NCBI GenBank assembly: GCA_963704645.1
Contig: OY969926.1
Coordinates: 32,001 to 96,000, forward strand
Origin: an uncultured bacterium
GTDB lineage: Bacteria; Patescibacteriota; JACMRA01
Length of the DNA: 64,000 nt
Direction of reading: 5' to 3'
The position numbers and the translations under genes are program-made. The notes under the pieces are model-generated. The model searched no databases and was not told where the DNA came from. It saw nothing but the letters and a program-made list of their open reading frames with translations. Shown here piece by piece: positions 1-9,085 of the stretch. The stretch's first letter is position 1. Each line of letters opens with the position of its first letter.

Positions 1-136
1 AGAAACAATTGTTCAAAACATTCAAGCCGCTATTGAATCTATAGAAAAAGCTAAGCCAGAAGCAGTTAAGAAAAAATTAATTGCCAGTGCTTACATTTCC
101 TCAACAATGAGTCCTAGCATTAAAATTGCTGTTTAA
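1..136 (+). CDS. rplA: 50S ribosomal protein L1, C-terminal part (5' truncated by window)
   Basis: Frame from nt 2 reads ETIVQNIQAAIESIEKAKPEAVKKKLIASAYISSTMSPSIKIAV*, matching the uL1 C-terminus (STMxPxIK). Confidence 0.9.
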   Translation, partial: ETIVQNIQAAIESIEKAKPEAVKKKLIASAYISSTMSPSIKIAV

Positions 137-183
137 TATTATACAGTCCAAGTCTTGGAGTAGCAGCACGAGACAAAACATTT

Positions 184-204
184 TCCACCTTCGGGTGGAT
201 TTTT
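184..204 (+). terminator. Intrinsic terminator after rplA
   Basis: TCCACC-TTCG-GGTGGA hairpin followed by a T-run. Confidence 0.8.
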
Positions 205-246
205 GATTGGTGACATTTGGAGTATATCTTGGAACTATCTGGTAAA

Positions 247-330
247 CTGTAACCCTGAACTTGTTTCAAAAGCTGGTGCGAGCCGAGCTTGTCTCAGAGT
301 GTCAGTTTCCTCCAATAGCGTCTAAGCTGA
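247..330 (+). repeat. Dispersed palindromic repeat family B, composite copy
   Basis: CCCTGAACTTGTTTCA...GCTGGTGCGAGCCGAGCTTGTCT...GTCTAAGC; close match to 58527-58606; core also at 1499, 18745 and 45720. Confidence 0.8.
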
Positions 331-414
331 TGAAAACTTAGAATGTTGATATTTATGTTTTTACAAAAAGAACATAGATTGACATTTCACCCCTATTTTT
401 GAATATTAAAGAGT

Positions 415-1452
415 ATGCAAATAATTATTTCTTGTGGAGGAGGTGGAACAAGATTGTGGCCTGTGTCTACAGAAGAACATCCAAAACAACTAATTCCTTT
501 GTTGGATGATCAGTCTTTGATGTTAAAAACTTATAACCGAATAAGGCTAAGCTTTTCGCCAGACCAAATTTGGGTTACCGTAAACGAAAAACATTTAGAT
601 TTAGTAAAAAATATTTTACCTCCAGAGTTTGATTTAAGTCACATTATTACCGAACCAATTAAACGCGATACTTTTGCTGCAATTTCCCTTTCAACAGCCA
701 TAATTGCCAGTAGAACTTCCGTAAATGAACCGTTAGTATTTATCCCTTCAGACGATTGGATTGAGAGCAGCCAAGATATTGAAAACCTAAACCAAGGACT
801 TTTGAAAATTGGGCAAAGCTTACAAGACGGCAGCTTTGATTTTATAACAGTTGGAATTCAACCTAAATCTGCCAACACCCAACTTGGCTATTTGGAAGTG
901 GAAAACAAAAACGTTAAAAACTTGGAAATTACCAAAGTTAAATCTTTTAAAGAAAAGCCAAATCAGGAACTAGCAGATGAATATTTTGCAAGCGGAAATT
1001 TCTTTTGGCATAAACATAACCCTTCCCTAACCTATAATAAATTAATAGAAAATATGCAGGTTCACTGGCCAGAACTGGTTGATATTGTAGAAGAAGTTTA
1101 TAATAACCAAGCTTTTAATATAGGCCATTTTGAAAACTTTCCTAAACTATCTATAGATTACGCAATTTTAGAAAAAGCCGAAAAAATTGGGATGATTCCT
1201 TTAAATATTAATTGGAATGATGTTGGCACTTGGGATACTGTCTACGAATATTTACCAAACTTAAACGAACAAACCGCAATACAATTAAACGGAGAAAATA
1301 ACAAAGTTAAGTTAGAAAATTCTAATTTAAAAGTAGCTTTTGTGGGTGTTTCTAATTTACTTGTTGTGCAAACTGAAGACGGATTGCTAATTTTAGACCC
1401 TACTAAATCTTCCCAAGTAAAAAATGTATCAGAACATTTTAAGGGAAAGTAA
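415..1452 (+). CDS. manC: Mannose-1-phosphate guanylyltransferase
   Basis: GGGGTRLWPVS..PKQ, FKEKP, SIDYAILEK and WNDVGTW motifs. Confidence 0.9.
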   Translation: MQIIISCGGGGTRLWPVSTEEHPKQLIPLLDDQSLMLKTYNRIRLSFSPDQIWVTVNEKHLDLVKNILPPEFDLSHIITEPIKRDTFAAISLSTAIIASRTSVNEPLVFIPSDDWIESSQDIENLNQGLLKIGQSLQDGSFDFITVGIQPKSANTQLGYLEVENKNVKNLEITKVKSFKEKPNQELADEYFASGNFFWHKHNPSLTYNKLIENMQVHWPELVDIVEEVYNNQAFNIGHFENFPKLSIDYAILEKAEKIGMIPLNINWNDVGTWDTVYEYLPNLNEQTAIQLNGENNKVKLENSNLKVAFVGVSNLLVVQTEDGLLILDPTKSSQVKNVSEHFKGK

Positions 1453-1498
1453 ATTAAGGAGATTCTCGTAAAGAATTTAAATGAATAGCACAAGTCGA

Positions 1499-1523
1499 GA
1501 ACTTGTTTCAGAGTCTAAGCTGA
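1499..1523 (+). repeat. Repeat family B, degenerate copy
   Basis: GAACTTGTTTCAGAGTCTAAGCTGA. Confidence 0.6.
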
Positions 1524-1764
1524 GTATTGAAAATAAACTTATTGCATATTCTAACATTATCCTTTTCGAAAATCTGTTTGAATGAATAAAATAAATGTAA
1601 AAAATAAAGGCTTACAAAAAAATGCAAGCCAAAAAAAAGGAAATTGTTTTGTTGAAAACAAGAATCATTCGGGGAAAATTGAAAAATAGTAATGATTTTC
1701 GTAAAAAATTACCTCCTAAAGATTATAGAAAAGTTGATAGTTAAGCATCACCACCTGAGTTATA

Positions 1765-1992
1765 CTAAATGTTAAAGTAGTCGCCGCGTCCTGAATCTGA
1801 AACGTCATCGATCGACGAATCACTTCTTGCTTGATTTACAGTTGTATTACTCGAAGAAGAATCTCCAGCACCTTCATAACTGCGAACAGACTTATCTTCA
1901 GATTTCACAATTTGTTGCAAAGATGTGTCCTCAGTACTAATGTCGGGACTAGCACTTTGGTCTTCTGTAATTTGATCGAGTCTAAGACCCAT
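1765..1992 (-). CDS. Small Ser/Asp-rich hypothetical protein
   Basis: 75-aa ORF in an intergenic gap, AAGGA upstream; no recognisable domain. Confidence 0.4.
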   Translation of the reverse strand: MGLRLDQITEDQSASPDISTEDTSLQQIVKSEDKSVRSYEGAGDSSSSNTTVNQARSDSSIDDVSDSGRGDYFNI

Positions 1993-2104
1993 AAATTCAT
2001 CCTTTTACTTCATTCCTTTTCCATAAAATTAAAATCTAAATTTGTTGTAAAGTGAAATTTTCGCTGCTTGACATTTCTCTTCATTATACCAAGCTTTAGG
2101 CACT

Positions 2105-2848
2105 ATGCTTATACAGGCAAAACAACTAGTAAAAAACTATGGAACCAAGAAAAACCCTCTTCTTGCTTTAAATAATGTTGATGTAGAAATTAGCCAAGGT
2201 GAATTTGTAGTAATTTTGGGCAGAAGTGGAAGTGGTAAATCTACGCTTCTTAATTTAATGGCAGGCTTGGATGTAGCTTCTAGTGGAGAATTAATTGTAG
2301 ACGAATTTAATTTAAGTCATTCCAAAAGTGTTCAACTATCTAAGTACAGGGCTGGAGTTGGCATAATTTTTCAGTTCTATAATCTTCTTCCAAATTTGAA
2401 TACTTTAGAAAATGTTCTAATGGGTTCCTGGGCAGGTGGTAAACAGGCTGACGAAAAAGAAGCCCTAGATTTATTAGAACAATTTGGTCTTTCACACAGA
2501 ATAAAAAGCAATGTGAAAAATTTGTCTGGAGGAGAAAAACAAAGAGTATCAATAGCTAGAAGTTTAATGGGTAAACCAAAAATTCTATTTTGTGACGAGC
2601 CAACCGGAGCACTAGATAGCCACAACGAAGATCAAGTGAAACAAATTTTAATAGATTTAAATAAGGCTGGTTTAACTATTGTAATGGTTACGCACAACCC
2701 AGATTTCGCCAAAATTGCCACACAAACAATACGCATGAGCGATGGTAAAATTGTAGAAACAATTTTGAACACAAACTTAACTGCAAAAAACCAAAAACCT
2801 GACCTTTCAGATGTTAAAACTGAAACTAAAGAAGCTGTAAGCGTTTAA
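2105..2848 (+). CDS. ABC transporter ATP-binding protein (LolD/MacB-like)
   Basis: GRSGSGKST Walker A, LSGGEKQRV signature, DEPTGALD, H-loop. Confidence 0.95.
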   Translation: MLIQAKQLVKNYGTKKNPLLALNNVDVEISQGEFVVILGRSGSGKSTLLNLMAGLDVASSGELIVDEFNLSHSKSVQLSKYRAGVGIIFQFYNLLPNLNTLENVLMGSWAGGKQADEKEALDLLEQFGLSHRIKSNVKNLSGGEKQRVSIARSLMGKPKILFCDEPTGALDSHNEDQVKQILIDLNKAGLTIVMVTHNPDFAKIATQTIRMSDGKIVETILNTNLTAKNQKPDLSDVKTETKEAVSV

Positions 2849-2890
2849 CCTATTACAAAAATAATATCAACAAAACTAAAAATTCAATTT

Positions 2891-4408
2891 ATGACATTTA
2901 CATCTTTTTTCTTAATTTTAAGAAGGCAATTTCAGCAAAAATGGGGGCGCTTCTTACTTGCCTCTGGGGGAATTATTATTGGAGTTTGGGCCATTACTTT
3001 AACCACAGGCTTATCTTTAGGTCTTCAAGACACAATTGTAACTGCAATTAATAGCCAGGCTTCTGCTAAACAAATAACATTGTACAAAACTTCTACAAAC
3101 CAAACTAATTTTTTTGAAATTAATGATGCTCCAAAATTTGTAGCACTAAGTTTACCAGAACTAGAAAAAATAAAGGCTAGTAATTCAAACATTGAAGGCA
3201 TTACCCCTGACAGCTTACTGAACCTTTATTTAAACACAAGCAACCAAAGTTGCTACAATCAAGACAAGGAATTACAGGTAAAGTTAACAGCAGCAGCCTC
3301 TCCATCATCCACAATTCCCACAGGATCTGCAAATGTACCAAGCACTGTTTCTACAGCACCAAGTATAACAGAAGCTCAGGCTAAATTTCTTAAAGACTGC
3401 CCTACTTTAACTATTGCCAGCGATTACTTTAACAATTTTTACAGCCTTAATAAAAACACTTGGTCAGGGCAAACCAATGCGCCTAAGCGTGGCGAAATTG
3501 CTGCTTGTTTTAAATGTGGAACTTTAGACTTATACAAAACCCTTGGTGTAGAAAACCCCTCTGATATGCTTGGCAAAGAAATTACTGTTGAATTCAGCAG
3601 AGTTCCAGCCAACTATGAACCAGGAAGTATTATAGACGTTTTAAACGTAGACCGTGGCAACCCTAAAGTAGGCAAACAAGTTTCTGAAAAGTTAAAAATT
3701 GTTTCAGTAATTGATGACAGAAAAGCCAACAGTTTTGGTTCTGGCAGTGTAAACTTTTACCTTGATTACAGTTATTTTACACAAGCAGTTCAAATAGACA
3801 AGCCTAACCTAAACGCTAACCAAATTGGCTTTAATTCTGCCAGCATATATGTAAAAAGCTTTGATCAAGTTGATTCTGTAATTAAGTCTTTGCAAGACGC
3901 TAAATATCTTCCTTTTTCTGTAACTCAAGCTATAATTTCTGGTATAAAAACTGCTTTTTCTGTACTTACAATTGTACTGGCTGGTTTCGGTTTTATTGCT
4001 TTAATTGCTTCAGTTTTTGGAATTGTTAATGTAATGACCATTTCAGTTTTAGAACGTCAAAAGGAAATTGGTATTTTAAAATCTTTAGGCGCCCGAGATA
4101 GCGATATTTTCTATATTTTTGTATTGGAAAGTGCTTCTTTAGGAATTATTGGCTGGGTAATTGGAATTTTAATTTCCTTAGGAATGGGGAATATAATTGG
4201 GGTTGTATTTACAAGTTTAGTTAATGGTAATGCTGAATGGAAAACCAATTTGGACGCATTAGGAATTACAAGTTTCGGCCCAAGTTTCCCAGTATGGTTA
4301 GTTCTTGGAAGCTTAGCTTTAGCCCTATTCTTCACTATTTTATCTGGAGTATTTCCAGCCTACAAAGCATCCAGGCAAAACCCAGTGGAAGTTCTAAGAA
4401 GTGAGTAA
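2891..4408 (+). CDS. ABC transporter permease (FtsX/MacB-like)
   Basis: N-terminal TM, large extracytoplasmic domain, C-terminal ERQKEIGILKSLGA and PAYKASRQNPVEVLR. Confidence 0.9.
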   Translation: MTFTSFFLILRRQFQQKWGRFLLASGGIIIGVWAITLTTGLSLGLQDTIVTAINSQASAKQITLYKTSTNQTNFFEINDAPKFVALSLPELEKIKASNSNIEGITPDSLLNLYLNTSNQSCYNQDKELQVKLTAAASPSSTIPTGSANVPSTVSTAPSITEAQAKFLKDCPTLTIASDYFNNFYSLNKNTWSGQTNAPKRGEIAACFKCGTLDLYKTLGVENPSDMLGKEITVEFSRVPANYEPGSIIDVLNVDRGNPKVGKQVSEKLKIVSVIDDRKANSFGSGSVNFYLDYSYFTQAVQIDKPNLNANQIGFNSASIYVKSFDQVDSVIKSLQDAKYLPFSVTQAIISGIKTAFSVLTIVLAGFGFIALIASVFGIVNVMTISVLERQKEIGILKSLGARDSDIFYIFVLESASLGIIGWVIGILISLGMGNIIGVVFTSLVNGNAEWKTNLDALGITSFGPSFPVWLVLGSLALALFFTILSGVFPAYKASRQNPVEVLRSE

Positions 4409-4434
4409 CCGTAGGGGAGAATTTTAATTCACAT

Positions 4435-4457
4435 GTAGCGGCGAAGCTTGCGAGCCA
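4435..4457 (+). repeat. GTAG-type REP, family A
   Basis: GTAGCGGCGAAGCTTGCGAGCCA; identical copies at 12750, 44652, 44844, 56554 and (-) 56320. Confidence 0.9.
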
Positions 4458-4538
4458 CAAACGTTGAAAGCCTAATCACTGTGAATAGTGTGCCTAAATA
4501 TCTTTCAACAATATCGATATTCTCAATCAAAACAACCG

Positions 4539-4598
4539 TCTTTACATTCCTAAAAAACCGTGCTTAAACTAAAAAAGTGTTCTTTTTGAATACAAAAA
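4539..4598 (+). promoter_or_regulatory. Conserved promoter block, copy 1
   Basis: TTTACA-N18-TAAACT followed by a GTGTTC..GAATAC inverted repeat; 56/60 identical to 5055-5114. Confidence 0.75.
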
Positions 4599-4622
4599 CT
4601 ATATAAATTTGGAGTAAAACTC

Positions 4623-5000
4623 TTGGATATTATAAAAAATTTTCTGTTATTCGTAGTTATTCCCGTTACTTTGGTTTTCAGCAGTGGTATTTTAGACATA
4701 AAACTCATTCAAAATATATTTTCAACTAAAAAGCCTTATAACCAAAATGCTCATCAAGTTGCTCTTAAATCCGAACTAGAAGAGTTTAGTAAATATATAA
4801 AATGCGAACAAAATCCAATTTCAATTTCAATAGAAGAAGTTGATGGAGGTGTTGCTATACAAAACAATTCTACTAATCTTCATCTTTGTTTTTTTGATCA
4901 AAAAGAAACTTTTACTGTAACACCGGGGCAAAGAGTTTTTAAAAAAGGCTTTAAAAAAGAAGATATAAAACTTTTAAGGTCGTTAAAAGAGGGATTGTAA
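4623..5000 (+). CDS. Small N-terminally anchored/secreted protein (array member 1)
   Basis: GGAG SD with TTG start, hydrophobic N-terminus, beta-rich C-terminus. Confidence 0.7.
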   Translation: MDIIKNFLLFVVIPVTLVFSSGILDIKLIQNIFSTKKPYNQNAHQVALKSELEEFSKYIKCEQNPISISIEEVDGGVAIQNNSTNLHLCFFDQKETFTVTPGQRVFKKGFKKEDIKLLRSLKEGL

Positions 5001-5013
5001 TGAAATTTAAACT

Positions 5014-5040
5014 TCGCCCTACTACTATGGGCGATTTTTC
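5014..5040 (+). terminator. Intrinsic terminator
   Basis: TCGCCC...GGGCGA hairpin plus T-run. Confidence 0.75.
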
Positions 5041-5054
5041 TTATACAAAAATAT

Positions 5055-5114
5055 TCTTTACATTTCAAAAAAACCGTGCTTAAACTAAAAAAGTGTTCAC
5101 TTTGAATACAAAAA
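5055..5114 (+). promoter_or_regulatory. Conserved promoter block, copy 2
   Basis: Near-identical to 4539-4598. Confidence 0.75.
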
Positions 5115-5130
5115 TTGTTTTTGATATAGG

Positions 5131-5583
5131 ATGGAATTAATGGGACTTTTAAAACAAAGCTTAATACTAAGTTCGATAGGTCTTATAATTACTTTAACCA
5201 CTGGTTTTAGATTCCCTAATCTAATTAATCAAGTTAGAGATATTATCGACAACTACGATCAAGTTCCGAAGTATGCACAAAGACTTGTATCTGGTAATAA
5301 GTCAACAAACTATGTAGATGTAAAACAAGAAACACTTGCGGAATTGAAAAATGTTAAGTTATCAGAAATTGTTGGACCCATAGCTTTACCTAGTGAAATC
5401 AAAATTAACTCAGAACAATCTGGGAAGAAATTACAAATTACCGTATCAAGCTCATCCTCATACCCTGGATATATTCAGGTAAAGTCACGAGATGGAGAAA
5501 CAAAATACTATGTTATTGAGCCAAACCAAATTGGAGTAATTAAGACTTCAGCTGGCCCCAAAGTTAACATTGTCACAGACTAA
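5131..5583 (+). CDS. Small N-terminally anchored/secreted protein (array member 2)
   Basis: Hydrophobic N-terminus; SSSYPGYIQV and YVIEPNQ resemble the neighbouring proteins. Confidence 0.75.
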   Translation: MELMGLLKQSLILSSIGLIITLTTGFRFPNLINQVRDIIDNYDQVPKYAQRLVSGNKSTNYVDVKQETLAELKNVKLSEIVGPIALPSEIKINSEQSGKKLQITVSSSSSYPGYIQVKSRDGETKYYVIEPNQIGVIKTSAGPKVNIVTD

Positions 5584-5584
5584 G

Positions 5585-5612
5585 ATCGCCCTATCGCACG
5601 GGTGATTTTTCT
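5585..5612 (+). terminator. Intrinsic terminator
   Basis: ATCGCCC...GGGTGAT hairpin plus T-run; related in sequence to 5014-5040. Confidence 0.75.
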
Positions 5613-5710
5613 TTAAAAAATTTACTTGATTGTAAACAAAAATTATGCTTTAAACTAAGGGTGTACTTATTTTAAGTACATTTTGTTCGAATTTATTGGA
5701 GGATTTTATT

Positions 5711-6100
5711 ATGAACAAAGGATTGATAATAGGTATTGGAGCTGCAGGACTTCTGTTTGTAGGATATAATATTATAAATCGTGGAGGCACTAAACTTCCG
5801 GGTGGCAATGGGATTATTGTGTGTCAAGGTGATAATGCAAGTGCTCGAGGATTATCTTTCAGCCTCAAAAAACCTGGACAGGGTGAAGCTAAAAACACTA
5901 GCACTAAGAAGGGTTATTTCCAGATCGCAAAACAAAATAAAAAAATCTTGATTAGACCACAAGATGGATCTCAGGAAAAAAATATTGCGGTTAATTGTGC
6001 GGTTTTCAATACGCAAACCTACACAGTAGAAACTAATAAAACAATTACATTTCCAATTGCCCAAGATGAGGCAGTACTTCTTGTAGATGGTGCAAATTAA
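5711..6100 (+). CDS. Small N-terminally anchored/secreted protein (array member 3)
   Basis: GGAGG SD before ATG 5711; TM N-terminus; NTSTKKGYFQI and YTVETNK. Confidence 0.75.
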   Translation: MNKGLIIGIGAAGLLFVGYNIINRGGTKLPGGNGIIVCQGDNASARGLSFSLKKPGQGEAKNTSTKKGYFQIAKQNKKILIRPQDGSQEKNIAVNCAVFNTQTYTVETNKTITFPIAQDEAVLLVDGAN

Positions 6101-6370
6101 TAATATATGTATTTACATTCCCCAAGGCTGTCTTTGGGGAAATTTTCTTAGGAGGGTTTAGTTCAATAAATAAATGCAATCTCCATTCAGATAGTAATGT
6201 TCTTTTTAATCTATTTAAATATTTTCTAATCTGACCATTTAAACCCTAAAAACAAATCGAAGATCATAGTGAAATGTAGTCTTGTAGTGTAACCAATTAA
6301 CCACCCTTCTAAATACAACTTTCACAACCTGGCTTTACAAAAGTCTAAAAACTTTTCCTTCTGGGAGGGT

Positions 6371-7588
6371 ATGTTAAACACAATCAATTTAGCCCAAACT
6401 TTTCAAAAGGTTCTAGCCTTGGCAATATTTGCCTCTACTATTTTTATACCAACTTCTTCAGTGAATGCCGCTGGTTGTTTTCCAAACCCTGCAACGGAAT
6501 GGTATACAAGCAGTGCAACAACTAATGCCCCAGTAAGCCAAGCCACTATTACTTTTACAAATGGCAACAGCTTTTTAATGCAGGCAATTAAGGGAACAGA
6601 TAACAAAGTTTACTCTAGATTTAATTCAACTCTTCCTGAAGGTAATTACATATGGGAAAACTGGATGGAAGGCAGCGGAATTACTGTTAAAGAAGAGCCT
6701 GAACTTATTGAATTTTACCAAGGTACAGTTCCCTATTTTCTAATGTCTGCGTATGGAACAGATAACGGAATTTATGTAAGAAAATCCTCTGATGGTGCAA
6801 ATTGGAACCTCTGGAAAAGAGGTGGTGATATTACATTAAAGGCTAGACCTGTTACAACTTATCTATCTACAGGCAGTTTTGCTGCTTCACCAATATTAGT
6901 ACAAAGTGGTTTTGGATCTGATAATGGTTTATATACAAGAACTTCTACCGATGGAGTTACCTGGACTAACTGGGCTAGAGGGGGAAATATTACATTAGCC
7001 AGCAAACCAGAGCAGGTATTTTGGAACTCTAAACTTATTCAATTTGCACGTGGAACCGACAATGGTTTATACAGCAGATACACAGCCGACGGAACAACTT
7101 GGAGCACTTGGGCAAGAAACAGCGGTGGAATAACTGTGCTAGATGAAACTAGCACTACAGGTTTCGATTTTGGAGCTAGCAATGTTAAGTTACAACAAGT
7201 TGTTCGTGGAACAAACAATGGAGTTTATTTTAGAAACTCTGCAGATGGTTTATCTTGGTCTAATTGGGCAAGATTAGGAAACTTAACTGCTGCTGAAAAG
7301 CCATTTATAAACACAGCACCAAATGCAGGATGTGGAGGAGCATACGTTATGCGTCTATTTGCAAAAGGTACAGACTCTAGGCTTTATTCAGCAGAGAACC
7401 CAGGAACAGATTCGCTTGATTTTGGTTTCAGCATATTTCTAAACTGGAGTGGAGACACTGCAATTACTTTGGGAAATAACTTAGTTGAAACTAGATATTC
7501 ACCGACTACTGGTTTCTATAGCACAATACAAACTGTACGTGGTAGTGACAACAAGGTTTACTTAAGAATTGTAAACAACCCTCTTTAA
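6371..7588 (+). CDS. Secreted repeat protein, probable 7-bladed beta-propeller lectin (PLL-like)
   Basis: Signal peptide plus seven G(T/S)DNx(L/V/I)YxR-type repeats with Trp-rich spacers. Confidence 0.7.
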   Translation: MLNTINLAQTFQKVLALAIFASTIFIPTSSVNAAGCFPNPATEWYTSSATTNAPVSQATITFTNGNSFLMQAIKGTDNKVYSRFNSTLPEGNYIWENWMEGSGITVKEEPELIEFYQGTVPYFLMSAYGTDNGIYVRKSSDGANWNLWKRGGDITLKARPVTTYLSTGSFAASPILVQSGFGSDNGLYTRTSTDGVTWTNWARGGNITLASKPEQVFWNSKLIQFARGTDNGLYSRYTADGTTWSTWARNSGGITVLDETSTTGFDFGASNVKLQQVVRGTNNGVYFRNSADGLSWSNWARLGNLTAAEKPFINTAPNAGCGGAYVMRLFAKGTDSRLYSAENPGTDSLDFGFSIFLNWSGDTAITLGNNLVETRYSPTTGFYSTIQTVRGSDNKVYLRIVNNPL

Positions 7589-7625
7589 TTAAGAAAATTA
7601 TATTTAGTTAGTAAGTATTAAACAA

Positions 7626-8978
7626 TTATGAACTGGAGGGCTTATTGCTCGCCTTTTGTATTGCCCATAAAATTAAAAGTAAAAAGGCATAATATCCGTA
7701 AATTTCTCCTACTCCAAATTTTTCAAAGTTAATAAAAAAGTTTATTTTAGAAGCTAAGTCTACAATATTCAAAATTATAATTAAAATAGCTGAATTTATA
7801 AGCAAAAATAGTTCGCCTAAAATTGGTATTTGACCAAGAAATGCTAATATTGTTGAAACAGAAATAAACGGAGAAACTAAAATATTTACCAATACCGAAA
7901 GACCAGAAATTTTACTATTTATTTGAACTATTAAAGGAAGTGTCCACAAAGTTGCAGCTAAAGAAGTAAGAAAAGCCGAAATTAATTCTTGCACAAACCC
8001 AGGCAATTTAGAACTAGTTAAAAACTTAAAACTTGGTAGTAAAATTAGGCCAAGTGTAGCTGCAAAAGATAGTTGAAAGGAAAGCGAAAACACTATAGCC
8101 GGGTTCCAAAAAGCTAAAATTATTCCGGCCCAAATTAAACTTCTTAAACCAGAAATTCTTCTTCCAAGACTGGCGGCCACTAAAGCAATTAAGGTGCTAA
8201 TTGCAGCCCGCATAACGGGAGCCTGAAGCCCAACTACTGTCACCAAACTTATAACTAAACTAATTTGTAAAAATCGTCTTAGTATAAAATTAATTTTCAA
8301 ATTTTCAGACAATTTTGCAGCAATATCCAACATTAATACCACCTGAAAACCAGACACAGCAATTAAGTGAGTTAAGCCTAAATCTTTAAAATTTTGCTTG
8401 GTTTTGTCTGTTAAACTTTGGCTTCCACCGATACTAAAACCAACTGTAAGACCTGCTAAATCTGTGCAATTTGCTAAGTTTGAAAACCAAATTTTTTTAT
8501 CTTCTGAACAAAACCATGTGGTGTATGTTTTAGTGTAATTATATTTAAGATTATCTAAACCTTTAAAGAAAGTGCAGTTTAAATTACAGTCTGGATAAAT
8601 ATAAATACTTTCAATTTGAACCGTACCAACAATAGCAGTAGTTAAAAGATATTGGTTAAAACTTTCATCAAAAACATATGGTTTTACATTACCTTCAATT
8701 ACAATATTTTGCCCCACATTTAAACTTAATTTAGATTTACTTTCAGCCAAATAAAGGTTATTATTCATAAGTAAAACTGGCTTTTTTATAAACCCAAACT
8801 GACTGTAACCAACTACAATTGCACTGGACTTATTTAGCAAATAGGAGTTGGAGATTTGATTTTCTAAATAGAAAAAATAGCAGTTTAAAGTACAACACAA
8901 CAAAACAAAATACAAAAATAATTTGTCTGCTCTAAAGAATTGGTATTTCCTTAAAAACTTATTTATTAGTGGAAGCAT
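7626..8978 (-). CDS. comEC: ComEC/Rec2 competence protein
   Basis: FKDLGLTHLIAVSGFQV, PVMRA and SFQLSFAAT motifs; multi-TM. Confidence 0.9.
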   Translation of the reverse strand: MLPLINKFLRKYQFFRADKLFLYFVLLCCTLNCYFFYLENQISNSYLLNKSSAIVVGYSQFGFIKKPVLLMNNNLYLAESKSKLSLNVGQNIVIEGNVKPYVFDESFNQYLLTTAIVGTVQIESIYIYPDCNLNCTFFKGLDNLKYNYTKTYTTWFCSEDKKIWFSNLANCTDLAGLTVGFSIGGSQSLTDKTKQNFKDLGLTHLIAVSGFQVVLMLDIAAKLSENLKINFILRRFLQISLVISLVTVVGLQAPVMRAAISTLIALVAASLGRRISGLRSLIWAGIILAFWNPAIVFSLSFQLSFAATLGLILLPSFKFLTSSKLPGFVQELISAFLTSLAATLWTLPLIVQINSKISGLSVLVNILVSPFISVSTILAFLGQIPILGELFLLINSAILIIILNIVDLASKINFFINFEKFGVGEIYGYYAFLLLILWAIQKASNKPSSS

Positions 8979-9085
8979 TTGTATATTAGCATCGTTTCTG
9001 GATTACAACTTGGAGTATCAAATTACGTTATTTTAGATTATTAGTACTGTAAGTTAGATTGATTAAAGTAATATCTTACCTGGTA

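Noticed and set aside
1508-1717. Minus-strand AGGAGG followed by a 64-codon frame starting at ACG
   Set aside because: No canonical start, low-complexity Phe-rich product, and it ends inside a repeat; at most a decayed gene
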